A stretch of DNA of 62,991 bases, filler included, from Collodictyon triciliatum (GCA_043381765.1; 17 parts of 17 records of this genome joined end to end with filler, not necessarily neighbours in it), one strand, 5' to 3'. Shown: positions 12,073 through 26,974, counted from the whole stretch's first letter. Program-made: numbers and translations. The notes: generated from the sequence alone by a model not told the origin.

Positions 12073-15000
12073 ATGGAAGGCAGCCCAACGGATGCATATT
12101 TCCCTTTTAAACCCTATGAGACACAAAGCAAACTCGCGGCAGCCATCGCGCAGAGACTAGAAGCCGGTGGCGTGGGTATCTTTGAGAGCCCAACAGGCAC
12201 GGTCAGCGACACTATCTCAACATATTCCTCTCCTTGCTATCGCACTACTCATTCAAGACTCTCATTGAATCCTCCTTTTTATGCCCAGTCCCGCATATCA
12301 TGTGAGGGCCTAGTCAAATTACTCCGCACGGACCACTTTCATACTATACATCAATAATGTAAATTCTAAAAGATGCAAAGATTCACCAAGCGAGCCAGCC
12401 TTGTAACAAATCAATCATTTGTCTGCATCTTAATACCATAGGGAAAGACCCTGGCTGTTCTCTCTGGTTTATGCCACTGGCTCGAAACTCGCCCTTTTCC
12501 AATTCATCCACCGCCAGATATTGCCAAAGAAAACGAGTCTGCAACACACGCACATATACATCATGATGATGGTTCATTTATTTCTTGTCTAGCAATTCAC
12601 ATCTTATTCATTCAAAATTAGAGACGATTTTTATTTTTATTTTATTTCGTTTATTTATTCGTTCATTCATGTGAGTGTAGCAAATATCTAGTATGCTTGT
12701 ACGAGAGAGTGGATATTTTGTTTTATCATATAATCCCTATCAAATAATCCTCATCAATTGGCCCTTATGTTCTATGCTCTTTTTCTTTTAAACTTATTGA
12801 AATTCGTATGAATCCTTAATAAATAGATGAACCTCTGTGGGTCCACGAACAAGTCTCTCAGTCACAAGAGCGATTGAACGAGCACCGGTTAACTCAAAGA
12901 AAAAATGATTTCGTAAAACTGATCGATTCATTCCAAACAAAAAAGACAAAAATCCTCGATGAAATGTCGCATAAGACTACTAAAAGGCACAAGACATCTC
13001 AATTTATTAGAGTATATACTTTAATTATTTTTTCTCAATCGACTCAATTTTCATACAATCCAAAAAAAAAGCAAAATTATGAAGCAATCAAGTGACACAA
13101 TTATTACAAAAACGATGGCTTATTTATAATTACCAAATCATTTCCCTCAATCATAATGCATCCTTAAAAAATCGCTTCTCTATTAATGAGTAGCTGGAAG
13201 GATATTAATGCATATTAAACGAAGTAAAAATATACGAGACTTTGTACCAAATCTTTTCTAGTATTTTTTGTAATGCGTTATTTCAAACAAAATATTTTTC
13301 CTTTATTCGATTCAAAGTGCCATTTCAAACAGAATATATTAATGATATCTTTTCTTTGTTGAAAAGGGCATACTTTAATCATTTCTATATTAATTATGAA
13401 TCTTTCATTCCATTGGGCTATTTATTTATTAGAGTAATGACAGGGATGAGCCATATACTTCAGAATCCTCTGAAGAATCAACCGATGATGTTGCTGATTC
13501 AATTAAAGTCTAGTTTTTTTTTTAAAAAATTTCTTTTAATCTTCGTCTCGTTTGAAAAAATGGCACGTCTATTGTTTCCCTTCTTTTAAACTCTTTTTAT
13601 TCATTCATTCATTCGTTCATTCATTCATTTATTTGTTTATTTATTTACTCATTCATTCATTGCTCTTGCCAAAGAGTTGTCAACTTTCATCCCATAATAA
13701 ACAATTTCACCACAATAATTCTAGGTTTACTACTGCTCACGAACCCACTCACAACTCTCTCAGATCATGTCGGAATGTAGAAAGCTCAATTCAAGAAAGC
13801 CTCTCCGTTTGCTTTGCCTTGGTTCCAGGAAGCAACTTTGTATCAATACAAATATCAATGATGGAGCCTCAGTTTTAGTTGTGAATGAAAGATGCACTGA
13901 CTTACAGAAAAAAGCTTCTTCAGCAAAAGGTTTTATTTATTTATTTATTTATTTATTCATTCATTTATTTATTTATTCATTCATTCATTCATTCATTCAT
14001 TCATTCATTCATTCATTTATTTATTAAATACGAATGTATACCCAATTAACATAAGTTTACCTTATAATTTCTCTTTCCACCCTTCAAACACTATGGTATA
14101 CATACACGCTCAGAACGTAAGAAGGGTGGATGTCCTTTCCTCTCAAAAGGGAAGCGTAATTTAATTCAAAGTCATGTCATGGTAGGATTGAATTTATTTT
14201 TGTCTCTTCTATTTCATTCTTGTGCTCCATTATGCCAGATTGCCAATACATATATCTGTTACTTCTTTACTGAAAGTGCCCATAAGGTGGCTTCAATCAA
14301 TCCTTCATATTAGTGAATATGCAAATTGCACGTAGACTGAATACTTTGATATCGAAGATTTACACAAATTGGGAAAGTCTTTAGATGCATGTCCATATTA
14401 TGGTACAAGAGAAGCCATAAATAAGGCACAGGTGGCTGTTCATTCACTCCTTGAATTATTATTTTGCTGTGATAAATCTAATTTCAATAAATGAATGCTA
14501 TTTATGTTTATTAGGTCGTTATTTTGCCTTACAACTTGATTTTGTTACAATCAGCGAGGGAGTCTTTGGGAATTAATTTAAAAGGCAACTGTGTTGTAAT
14601 TGATGAGGCTCACAATTTGATGGATACAATAAATGCGATTCATTCAACTCATTTATCACATGCACAAGTAATTTTTTTTCCAGTAATCGCTAATATAAAA
14701 TTATCACTTTTCCATGTCAACTATGTCTTTCTACCTACATGAAGAGACCTATCTTGCAGAATATTGGATTAATGTGACCAAATAATAACGTAGCTGGACT
14801 TATCATTCAGTATGCTTGATGAACACATAAGAAGATATGCTGAGAAATTCAAAGCAGAAAACTACCAAAATCTTCAACGACTGACCAATTTTATTAAACT
14901 TTTAAAAAATGGAATATCTAAACACTTCTCTTCAAAAGAGAGACGTATGTAATATTACTATTATATACATGAATAGAAATGCTCAATTACGGTTTGCTAA

Positions 15001-15310
15001 TGTAGTGAAACATACAGAAAAGGATATGCATATCATCACAGAAACATCTGAGTTTATTCGCTTCATTGGGGCTGAGCACTTTAATATTTTTGAGATTGAA
15101 AAATTTGCTCGCAACTATGACTTGAATAAAAAAGTAAGAGCTATCCATACCTTAAATATTTTCTGGTGTTTTCCCGAGAATTTACTCTATCAATAACTTT
15201 CATGACATATGTTTCCCCTTTCATATATTCCACTCTAGTGTTATGTAACCCATGTTATTTGCCCCAGATTCATCCAGATAGTGCTGCCCAAAGTACAGAA
15301 GCGGTTGGTA
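12073..15310 (+). CDS. DDX11: DDX11/Chl1 Fe-S DNA helicase, N-terminal multi-exon part (3'-partial)
   Basis: FPFKPYETQ (Q motif), GIFESPTGT|GKT, YYCSRTHSQLSQ, LGSRKQLCIN, NERCTDLQ, GCPF, DIEDLHKLGKSLDACPYYGTR and LPYNL...ARESLGINLKGNCVVIDEAHNL. Confidence 0.93.
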
Positions 15311-15589
15311 AGTCAGTAGCCCAAATTAAGAAAGCACACTGTTTCGTTATGTACGCATACAATCATTACATAAAAAAATGAGCAAACACTCAAAAATAAA
15401 ATAAAATAAAATAAAATAAAATAAAATAAAATAAAATAAAATAAAATAAAATAAAATAAAATAAAATAAAATAAAATAAAATAAAATAANNNNNNNNNNN
15501 NNNNNNNNNNNNNNNNNNNNNNNNNNNNNNNNNTTAATTAATTAANNNNNNNNNNNNNNNNNNNNNNNNNNNNNNNNNNNNNNNNNNNN

Positions 15590-17400
15590 ACGCGTCGTCT
15601 TCTAATGCCAGAGGGAGAAATCGCGACAAGACACCCATGGATGAAGTGCTCGAAGTCTCAATCAAGACAAAGGTTCAAGAGCGGCCCCAAAATCAAGAAA
15701 TGGGATATCGAAATGATGGACGAAACACCAGGCGATTTTCCCGAAAGTGCTTCATCAAGTTCACCATTGAACACAGAGGAAGCAATATCAATCGTGGAAT
15801 GGCTTCAACGAAGTGGAGGAAACATCGCATGCCTCCAAGATTTCCAACCTCCTCAAGCCGATGATATCTCACCAAGCTCTTCTCTTAATCATGGAGAGGA
15901 CGCCGAGGAAAGGGAAGCCCAAGCCAACTCGGTAACAGAATCGGGAAACAGCATAATGGCACCCAGCAAACCACACCCGCCTACCTCCTTAGAGGTCATG
16001 GCTCCTGGGACCACTCAAGAGACTCCTTCTTCAGCAAGTACTGCGCAATCCATAAGAAGCGACGTACCAGACTCGGGATTGGAAGAATAACAGTCCATCC
16101 AACCTGTCGTCATCATAGAAGATTCTGCTGAAGAAGACAGCGAGCACCTTGAAGCTTCGGGATCGACAAATTACTCCTCAAGTACTTATGGGAACAGACC
16201 TGCTGTCGAAATTCTTGCGACTCCCCAGCGGGAAACACTTTTCAACCCAAGAAAAAGAAACGTAGACGAATATAAAACACCGGTTACTCATGCTGCAATC
16301 ACTGGCGCACCAAAAAAAGACCAAAACCGTCGATGATAAAGCCTCGCTCGATGAAAAGAGAGTAAATCAGTCAAGTACACCACCGAATATAGCGAGCCAG
16401 AAAGCAAGCCAGAATGAAAGCGGAAACATGGGTTGGCCCTGCCTACCGCGTGGATGAGGGGGGAAAATTGGAACCGAGGGGTTGCCGATGACCAACAGAG
16501 TGCATCTCCCAACACACCAGCTACAAAGGGGCTGCAGCCAAAAGCCCAAGACCATCCGACAAATCCTGGCCGAACCGCGAGCAATCATAACACCGGCCAA
16601 ATGAAGAATAACTCGAGTATACCATCCCACTCTGAGCAACCCAGCTCCAGCGGGGAGGGCCAATCACCGGAGGCTATGGCCTCCAAAAGCCAATAGATTA
16701 TTAATGCGTTTTAACGTTCTGTCGTGGAACGTTAGGGGGATTAACGACCCCCAAAAAAAGAAAAGAGGCCCTAGACACTGCTCTTTTCTCTCACGCAGAT
16801 AATCTGCCTCCGAGAAACGTGGCTCAGCCCTGACAATCTAACCAACAACGAAATATGGAAACGTCCACAAATGTGGTCCTGTGACGATAATCAGCAGAGA
16901 CATGCAGGTGTAGCGTTTATATACAAGAAATGGATAGCCAAACTCAATCCTCGCTTCAGAGAGATTATTCCTGGTCGATGCATAAGTCTCGATATCAGAA
17001 TCGATGGAGCTGACACTCGTATAATGACGACATACATGTCGCTCCAAACAGCAGGTTCAAATACTAGAATACACGAGTATGAGCTTATCTCTAAGGAGAT
17101 GGATTTTGCGAAACATATCGTCATATGTGGATACTTCAACGCTCTTCTTGATGCCAGCACCGAGTGGTATGGACTTAGAACAGTCTGAAGAGTTGCAAGA
17201 GAATATGCTGTGGTTCCTTTTGATTTTTGCGTGACTGTGTCCCGTTCAAACGACTCGACCAAACAAGATATCCATCCATTCGGACTGGAAATTCTTGCGC
17301 AACACGGAATGCTGGGTGACTGATCGAGAAACGCCTACTCTCTTCGCTGTTGATACCAAGAGCAAAGAGGGATGTGGGTAAATCTTGTAAGATATCACTC
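15590..17400 (+). mobile_element. Decayed non-LTR (LINE-type) retrotransposon: low-complexity ORF1 tail plus disrupted APE endonuclease
   Basis: From 16704: MRFNVLSWNVRGINDP, ICLRETWL, AGVAFIY, GRCISLDI and IVICGYFNA (GDFN decayed), with frameshifts and stops. No RT domain is visible. Confidence 0.8.
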
Positions 17401-17952
17401 ATTCATAGTCATTCTCCGCTGCCCTCGCAGCCAATCAACCGCTTGTGTCGACCACCTGACTAACCCGCTATCATAAGTTGTTTCCGGTGGTGGCTTCTTT
17501 TTGCTAGTTTCTAGCCTGTATCTTCCGCGACTATTTGGACTTAAATTCGTCTCATCTCTGGCTAAATGAGTGAATTTCGAGTAGAATAAAAATATATAGT
17601 TAAAAATAAGTCCAGTCACAAAGAAAGTGAATCTATGCAGTAGATTGGTGTACCTATTTGGGTGCGCGTAGTGCGAATGTAACCACCCAACCGATATATG
17701 AAGCATATATTTAGGAGATATGCACCTAGTACTCTGCCAAACTTGTTTTTTTTTTTCTTTCACTTGACTCACGTTCATGAAAGAGGGCTATTGTTCTCTT
17801 TTCACGTGATTTTATCTTAATATGTTGGCTCTGTGAGGAAGTGGAAAAGAAAATAAAAGTAAAAAAAAAAAAGCATGAAGCATAAATCTTAAAAAGGAAC
17901 ATTTGGTCGGTTCTGGCATCACCTCGAAGCTACATGTGCGCTTGTCTTGGTA

Positions 17953-19075
17953 TCATACACTCTCGTATGAGTAGTTGCATCCAGTCTCACAAAAGGTGGT
18001 GCCGCCATCCATACTGATGGTGATGTATACTGGACTGCCAATGTGCGCTCGGTATGGCGGAATCTCAATCAGAACCCATCCTATTTCAGCGTGTGTTGGA
18101 CGCAGAATTTGCCCTCCGAATGACACGACAAACTCTGGGCTGGGTAAAAGGTCGCAACCGAGTAGAGCAGCCGTTCCTCCACCTGAAGCTGGTCCATGAT
18201 CCGGCAATATCCCCGATATGACAGGTGTTCCTTCCTCACGAATGTCTATGCACAGACAAGATTTTGTGATTCAAAGTGATGAACAACGATGATGTACCTT
18301 TTTTTTTGGTTTGCATCTCTTTCTTGTATATGTTATGGCTCTTGCACGATTTTGATAGACACGATTCGGCTATAGTTTTTGAGACCGAACAAAAAAGAAG
18401 ACAGAGAAAAAGGAGAAAAGAATATATACTTCCATGTAGCTGACTGGTGTGTGAAAATACTTCCATAGCTATGCTTGTGATTTCAACCCCCGTGGGTTCA
18501 AATGAACCGTTTTCCGTTTGTCGCATTAATTGGAAGTGTATGGAGACTTGGTGGCAATTGAGTTGCTTGCATGTGTGCTTCAATTTTAATTTTTTGAAGT
18601 TGACGAGTCGGCTGGCTGATACCTTGTGAACATTAATTTGAGCAGAGATTAAGACATGATGACGATGATGTATCCACCAGCATAATTCAAATTCATTCAT
18701 TTTTACTTTCTTATGTTGATTATAATAATTTTGAATATAGTCTATTCTTTCATACACTGTTTTTTCTTTAAAAAAATACAAACCCCTTTTATCTCTTAGA
18801 TAAATAAAACTATATCAGATAAAGAAAAGAATAAGTATTATTATATTCTTACTTGATGAACAGTACATCCTTGCAGGCCATCATCGATCAAGCTGCCATC
18901 CGACGTTTTCAAAAGGGACGCCTTAACTACAAAGACATCCTGTTCCTCATCCCTTAAGCCATCCACCCGAATTCCTGGGACGGGATTCAGTATTTTATCT
19001 TTAATGGTTTCCTTTGGAGGCTGCCGCACAATCTGAAGAATGGCGTTTACTGGTGGGTAGTGACTTCGAACAGAC
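17953..19075 (-). CDS. CudA/STAT-like DNA-binding domain + IPT/TIG domain protein, putative transcription factor (5'-partial)
   Basis: Exons LQIVRQPPKETIKDKILNPVPGI...VKASLL and NFKKLKLKHTCKQ...IHFQL...ITSIAMEVFSHTSQL, then an IPT/TIG exon PVISGILPDHGPASGGGTAALLG...VSFGG...ITISMDGGTTF. Confidence 0.72.
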
Positions 19076-19291
19076 CTAAAGAACAGATCCATCACACAGT
19101 CGACCAAATAAATAGTAGAATACTATTATTAGTTGCTGTTGCTGTTGTTGTTTTTCGGGAGCAAGAAAATTTGTGCGAATAGCATATATAAACCAAATAT
19201 GATTCGACAGTTAATACGGGGGAAGGAGAGAAGCATAGGAGAGAAGGCAGAATACACACATGCATGTATTACATACATAACATACATTATG

Positions 19292-19384
<93 letters not shown>

Positions 19385-20016
19385 NNNNNNNNNNNNNNNN
19401 NNNNNNNNNNNNNNNNNNNNNNNNNNNNTTAATTAATTAANNNNNNNNNNNNNNNNNNNNNNNNNNNNNNNNNNNNNNNNNNNNTTTTTTTTTTTAAAAA
19501 AAAAAAAACCTTTTGTCCGTTTTTTTTTTTTTTTTACAGCACACCGCATTTGTTCTTGAGCTATATCATTTAAAACAATTATTAAGTATCTGAAAAAATC
19601 AAGATATATCATTTTTCGTTCTCTGAAAACAAAAAAAAAATAGGTTCATTTGCTCTTTTTCGATGTATAAATATTATGTAAACCTACTTTCAATCGCACC
19701 TGCTGCATATCACCATCATTCTCTCAACAGCTCTTATATTTCCAGTGCTGCTATTTAATCTCTTCAAAAGGCATCGCTCGAGTATAACGCAACTCGTCTT
19801 TTACTTTTGCTATCACGAAGAAAATATCAAGACATTGATGGGGGAAAATATAAGAAGCACGCTGATGCAGACCCGTTTTTTTTTTTTTTTTTTTTTTTTT
19901 GAATAATTTTCACAATACTGTCGCACACCAAATGTCCCATTTTTTGGTCATATTTATTTGCGTTTAAGTCGTAATGGAATAACTCTTCATTGCTTTGAAA
20001 TGAGCTAATCACAATA

Positions 20017-22999
20017 TCAGCTTCTGCGTGCTTGGCGATGCAAATCACGGTTCGCAGTGTTCTGTTGCTGTGACTCGGTTCCAGCAGATGTGCGTTCTGG
20101 TGTGCCGCTTCGGTTTCGGTTACGAGGCTGAGCCTGCATATTGGCCTGCATTTGAGGTGACGCTGCGCTTTGATTTGCGCTTGATGAACGAGTGGCTTTG
20201 CCCGTCGATCCCGATCTAAGTGTAATCCTCTGTGAATCCGATTCCCTTTGATGGGATGTTTGGCCAGTGGCTTCGCGCGGTAGTGTGGGAGGACCAGTAT
20301 GGTTGGCCTTCGTCGATGAGATGTTTGTTGTTGTGGATTTTGGGGGTGTTGCTGGCCTATTCTGAGAGTGAGCTTGCTCCGTAGAAGGAGACCTATACGG
20401 GATTAGCTTTATCAGGTGACTGTATGGTTGTGCACTCCATCTATATCCAACACCGTAAAGATTTTTTCTATAATAGAGGGACTATTTCGTCTCGGTTAGC
20501 TTCAACTTGTATTAATTTCGTTTTCATGACTATTAGGTGCTATTTGATATTTCATGTAAGATCTATGATAGATAATTCATGACAAATGGTAATTTTGAAT
20601 TGTTAAAGGAACGAGACTCGTTGTCAACTTTAAGATAAAATAAAGAATGATTGTACCGTGGAGTTCCTCGGGTGGCTCCAGGTTGTTTTTGATTTTCTAT
20701 GCGAGCCTAAATAATTATTCGTTAGCTTTTATTTATTTATTTTTTTCATCTACGTGGGTGAAGTTAGCAAGAAAGAAACATGTACAAAAGAATACCTCTG
20801 CATACTTTGAATTGCTCGGAGATACTCTTGATGAAGTAGTTCTCTTGTCATCTGCCTCTCTTGAGGAGACAACTCTAGAAGAAGAGTTGACGAATGAACC
20901 CGTCCTTTTCACTGGTGCGGAGGATGTGTGTTTCACAAGTGACAACGACGGTTTCATATCTGCTCTGACTCGGTTGGATTGAATATCTTCGTCGCTATCC
21001 TCTTCGTCGCTTATTACGATTGTGTGTTTAGATACTTTTGGTGGGTAATTGGATGTCATCACGCTGTTTGTTGGTGTTGTGCTAGTCTTGAAGTCGGCAC
21101 CCAAGGACGGGCGATGATGGCTACTGCTTCCATGGATGACAGGGGATTTTGGTCGAGATAGACTTCTTTGGCTGCTTTCTTTCTTTATTTCGGCATTTCT
21201 AATGTTGGTCTCCGCACCTGTGATTGGAAAGTTTGGCTTTGGAAATGACCTTCTGGACGATGGTAAATTTGTTGAGGTGATATCTGAGACTACTTGTTCT
21301 GTTCTTCTTGACTTTGATGAGCTAGTCCCCTCTGCCTTTCTTACCTGAGGTAAGTGATTTTCGTGCTGCAATCTACCTTGGTGCCTTTGCATATTAGCCC
21401 CGGTTCTATGCGCGGGAGAGCAAAGAAAGATATTGATTGCACTTCATAACTGGCACAATATGAAAAAAAAATAAAGAATTGACACTGAGTGCAAACAAAA
21501 CATGTCGTTTACAATTATTATGTCGAAAATATGAGCCATAGCAACCGTGTTCAAAATGAATTATTATTTTTTCTTAATCTCAAATAGCGTTTTTACATGA
21601 ACCGCTCGTAGCTTGCATCCCCTCGACTCGTGCGACACAGCATTTCGTGGTCTTGGAAGGAATCGAATGGGATGTGTGCTTTGCATATTTCGCATGGAAT
21701 CAAAAAGCTCTCTTTGCCACGCGACAGCGGACTGAGGAGACTATGGCGATCAGGTGTTGGTGGCACTATGTCACTATGTGCCTCTGATAGATGAATGACA
21801 CATGACTCTTCATTCGGATACTCTTCATTACAAAATGGACACGTTGCGGGAGTTGACAGCTACATGAATCGGTAATTACTTTCTAAGCACAGAGAGACGA
21901 TGCATCGGTATTACGCATTACCTTCGTAATGGATTCTCGACTTTGAGTACGTTCGTGCCGGTCAGGGGTGGTGACGCTCGAGTGGACACTCCGAAAGTGT
22001 GTCTGAAGCGCTGAGAAATCTTGGAATGGCGCGTTACACGCTGGACACAAAAGCAACTCGGCTTGGTAAAGTGAAGTTCAATATATGTTGTGAGACACAA
22101 ATCATAGAATATAGCGGTTTTGTTTGAACATTTCATTTGTAAATAAAACAAACTGATCATTGCATTGTAATAAAAACATCAAATAGGAAATATAGGCGAT
22201 TGCAATGTCAAGAAAAATGATAGAATAGTCATATATCCCATCTTCATGAGTTATTCTAGGATACGGTCAGAAAATGGGCTTGAATGGCCATATCTGAGTG
22301 ATGCATTTCCAGATAAGAAATGAGACGGGAAGAAGTCACCCATCGCAATAGCCCGAGCAAAGTCTAGATTATCTTCGTTCCTTTAGGTTTTATAAATGAT
22401 AAAATTAGCATATCGACCTTTTGTTTTGTACAAATATCGAAGAACACATGTGAAAATATACATTACTTGCTTTGAATATTAAAAGTAATGCAACAGTTAG
22501 ATTATCTCTTTTATAAAGCAACATTAGACATCCAAAAAAAATTAAGAACAGGTATGATTGCTTTATTTTGGCTTTATTTCATTTGTGCGAGACTATATAG
22601 GGATTGGCTTCATAACCATGTTTGATAAACACTTACGTTTGTGCTCTATGAGGCCTGGGAGCCTCGGGGTATGTACATCCGGATTCCGTGTGGCGCTCGA
22701 GATCTGTTTCATGCATTTAAGTGCAGTTGACAGTTTATATATGTATCAGATATATGGCTTGAGCGGTACGGGATGCGTACATAAAAAATGGTGGTATGCT
22801 CCCTGCACTTTTTTTGGCGAATCATACCTATCAGCTTTATGAAGCGCTTGCAAAGGACACATTCGTCTGTTCTGTTTCCGCAATAACTTACATGGTCACT
22901 GTATTCTCTGGCCTCAACTTCTAGAGTGCAGACAGGGCAAGAAATTGGGCGTAAAGGACAAACTTTTTTGTGTGCCTCGTGAGCAGATACTTCAAATTC
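20017..22999 (-). CDS. TRAF-type zinc-finger protein, TRAFD1/XAF1-like (5'-partial)
   Basis: HKKVCPLRPISCPVCTLEVEAREYSDHVSYCGNRTDECVLCKRFIKL, TCPFCNEEY...HLSEAH and LIPCEICKAHIPFDSFQDHEMLC, followed by a long Ser/Pro-rich tail ending at 20017. Confidence 0.75.
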
Positions 23000-23078
23000 C
23001 TTGATAGACATAAAAATGGTTCAAATGATAGTAGAATAAGTAGATAATAATATTATTATATGGTGAATATGATTCATA

Positions 23079-23279
23079 ATGAAGAGGAAGAGGAAGAAGA
23101 ACAAGAACAAGAAGAACAAGAAGAAGAAGAACAAGAAGAACAAGAACAAGAACAAGAAGAACAAGAAGAAGAAGAACAAGAAGAACAAGAACAAGAACAA
23201 GAACAAGAACAAGAACAAGAACAAGAACAAGAACAAGAACAAGAACAAGAACAAGAACAAGAACAAGAACAAGAACAAG
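23079..23279. repeat. (GAACAA)n/(GAA)n microsatellite
   Basis: Tandem repeat at the contig end. Confidence 0.95.
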
Positions 23280-23503
23280 NNNNNNNNNNNNNNNNNNNNN
23301 NNNNNNNNNNNNNNNNNNNNNNNTTAATTAATTAANNNNNNNNNNNNNNNNNNNNNNNNNNNNNNNNNNNNNNNNNNNNAGAAAAAAGAAGAAAAAAGAA
23401 GAAAAAAGAAGAAAAAAGAAGAAAAAAGAAGAAAAAAGAAGAAAAAAGAAGAAAAAAGAAGAAAAAAGAAGAAAAAAGAAGAAAAAAGAAGAAAAATCTT
23501 TAC

Positions 23504-25660
23504 CCGAACGGCGTTCATCTTTATCGAAGCGAGAAGGGATTGTCGAGGTTGATTCGACTTTTATTTTATATAAAATGAACATAACCGATATTAGGGTTAA
23601 TATACATAATGACATATAGGAAGTTTCCTCGTTCGTTATCAGTCATTTCCGATATTGTATATTGCCGTATATTGCCATTTCAGAGCCCAAAAGCAGACAT
23701 ATATATCAATATCGTCGAAAAGAAAATATAAAAAACAAATAAAAGGGAAATGAAGCTTTGATGACTAAACGCATGGTAGAAATATAAACAAACTTTCATC
23801 AGAACTCTGTGGTGACGGAGGCCGTTGAATATGCACAGTGCGGACTGACTTTGAACTAGATTGGTGCCTGTTCCCAGAGTCGACACTCATCACTGCGGGA
23901 GGTTTAGAACCTGGCAACAAAATGATATTTTTGTTAAGCTATTTCGTTACTTTTATGTCCACTATGTCAAAACTGGTCGTCTTGCTCGAATCGAAAGGAA
24001 CCGCACAATATACACAAATAAAAACATATCCAAGCTATCTTCATTTAAATACATATTTCGTATTCTCCAAAATTCTTGCTTGAATATCTATTTCATATCT
24101 TCTATCTTCAGCATAAAAAAACAAACAAAAACAAAAACAAAAACAAAAACAAAAACAAAAACAAAAACAAAAACAAAAACAAAAACAAAAACAAAAACAA
24201 AAACAAAAACAAAAACAAAAACAAAAACAACCTTTTAATTCGCGTATTAATCGCGGTTCAGGAACTTTAGTGACACCTGAAGAATTGCTTTGTGATAGTG
24301 AAACTTGTGGCAGTGGGGCTAGCAAAAGATGGGGACTTTGTGAACGGAATGAAAGGATACTTACTGTTTGCAGATAAAAATCGTCATGGTATACATATAT
24401 TGGAATATTGAAAATACTTTCCCATACTTTCAAGAATCCGAGGTGATTGCGATGGAGATTGTTTTGCTGCGCTCATGACCTAATACAAAATACATTAAAC
24501 AACGCTTTTGTGGAATTTGTAAATGATACCTTGCATATAACCAGGAAACCCTTAGGAAATGAAGAAAAACCGAAGAATCTATTCAAGTCTAGAACAATCA
24601 CCTTTGTGAGATTTGGAAAAAACTCTCTGAATTTGACACCTGTAGAGAAATCTAACAGAAAAAAAAAAGATAAAGTTATTTTTTTTTCCAATGCTTGTAA
24701 AACAGTCGGCGAAGATTTTAGCTGGGGGAATTTGAGAGGGAAAAATTACACGAATTGTGGGATTTCAGGTATTCGATTATTTCTGCCCATATTGTTGAAC
24801 GAGAAAGCGCAGTGGCATCTCCTATCACATAACATCCATATCTAATACATACTGTCAATACCATATATTGACTTATACAAAAGTGTCATACAATATACAC
24901 ATACTTGGCCCTCGTGATGGAGACGTTAATTCTTCTTTTGTCGGACAGAAAACCAATCGTTTTTTCTGAGTAATTAATCGAGGAAGAATTAAGATGCTAT
25001 CTTAATCGGAAACCACATAGAGTCATAGCCTTTTTTTAAATAATAGTAATAAATAATAATAATAAATAATAATAATAAATAATAATAATAATAAATAATA
25101 ATAATAATAATAATAAATAATAATAATAAATAATAATAAATAATAATAAATAATAATAATAAATAATAATAAATAAATAATAATAATAAATAATAATAAT
25201 AAATAATAATAATAAATAATAATAATAATAAATAATAATAATAATAAATAATAATAATAATCAATTAATCTACGCTGTGCGAGGATATGCCATTTACCTT
25301 CTCCTGATCGAACGCATGAAATAATCATGATGTCATTTTCTCGTCCTTGAAATCCATCCTGGTGAGATATTGGTCATGAGCGACATTTATACCACAGATC
25401 GAACGAACGGTGTTCTGTTTTGCTAATTCATCGCTTTCTTTTCTATCATACTTTGAAGTTATAATGTTTATAATGTTCTGCACTTACGACAGTATTGACG
25501 TCAATAAGTCCGTAATCTCCCTTCCTGGCTCTCAATTCTCTTCGAATTAAATCAACTTGAGACCGATACGGAGATATTATCCCAATGCTTTTGTGAACCT
25601 TTTGATATATTGATATCAATATATACTTAATTTTAAAACATTCTGTAATACCTATATCGC

Positions 25661-25759
<99 letters not shown>

Positions 25760-26974
25760 TTGAAAATATTGTCATTCTTTTGAGCCTTGAAGTAAATTGA
25801 TATCTAGGAAAAATAAGATGGACAATTACCGCAAGGGTCGTGTCTTTCTCCTTCAAGAAGCGAATCAAATCGAGTATTAGGGCTGCTTCCACTGAACTTG
25901 TGTGAATAGTCACACTTGTATCCTTATTGGCTTCGGATACATCCAGAAATACTAGATTTCGTATGTTTAGTTAATGATATGCTAAACAAATGACCAAATG
26001 AAGAAATAATGTAATCTCATATCACATATAGATTATCTAGATATAACGACAGCGAATAAAACACAAATAAAGATGGTAAATGAAGTAATATGATGTTTAT
26101 ATACAATAATGATTGATATAAAACCAAAACAAAAAAAATGAGGGGAATTTCGGACTATTTTGTGACGAAAGTAATCCATCATGATGATGGCCAGAGTTGA
26201 GCCATCGCTTACCGAACGGAGGGAGATTAGGGAGGTGGTAAGGTTTTTGCCAAGAACTAGATCTGACTTTCTCATCGTCTCGAAGTTTTGACTTTGACAG
26301 GGAAAGATGTAATTATTATTTTATTTACCTTCTCCAATAAAAAAAATCTGAGGAACTGAAAACAAACAAAAACAAACAATGGAAATTCAATATACCCTTG
26401 AAGATACAAATAGACCATATGTATTTATCAAAATGCAATATATATATATTTAAATAAAGGTAAATAAAATATGAAAGGTAAATGAAAAAATCATTTCCAA
26501 AATAAATTACATCATAGAAGAATTTCGATGAAACTCTAGATATGCGAGGGTGCATTCGGTGTCTATGGGTGTTTTTTTTTTTTTTTAAAATGAGTCATTA
26601 CAATATTTTTTTTTTTTTTTGTTAAAAGAGACAGTCCTTACTGGATATCGAGGAAGTGATACGGGTAACGACATTCCTGATACATACAGATTTTCATTAA
26701 GTCGACTCGAAAGTGAATTTTTATTTCATCGGGATGAAGCATGAATACATCATATTTCAATAAGCTGGCTTTGAATGTAATAAAGGGAAAAACATTCCAA
26801 ACATTTCTACAAAAATAAATAAGAAACCATCATCCTAGCGAATAGACTCCGGTCGTAATTCTTTGATTTTAGATTCGTGGATATGATTGTGGCCGGCAAT
26901 TGACACGGATCACCCACCAATATAAAGTGTTTAGCTCCATAAATCAAAGGTTGAATACAGCTAATCTCAACTGC
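23504..26974 (-). CDS. Senataxin/Upf1-like SF1 helicase, C-terminal helicase exons and tail (partial)
   Basis: AVEISCIQPLIYGAKHFILVGDPCQLPATII, FLDIQ|..RMHPRISRVSSKFFYD, IGIISPYRSQV, IDVNTV|DGFQGRENDIMIISCVRS and IGFLSDKRRINVSITRAK. The 3' end is uncertain. Confidence 0.88.
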
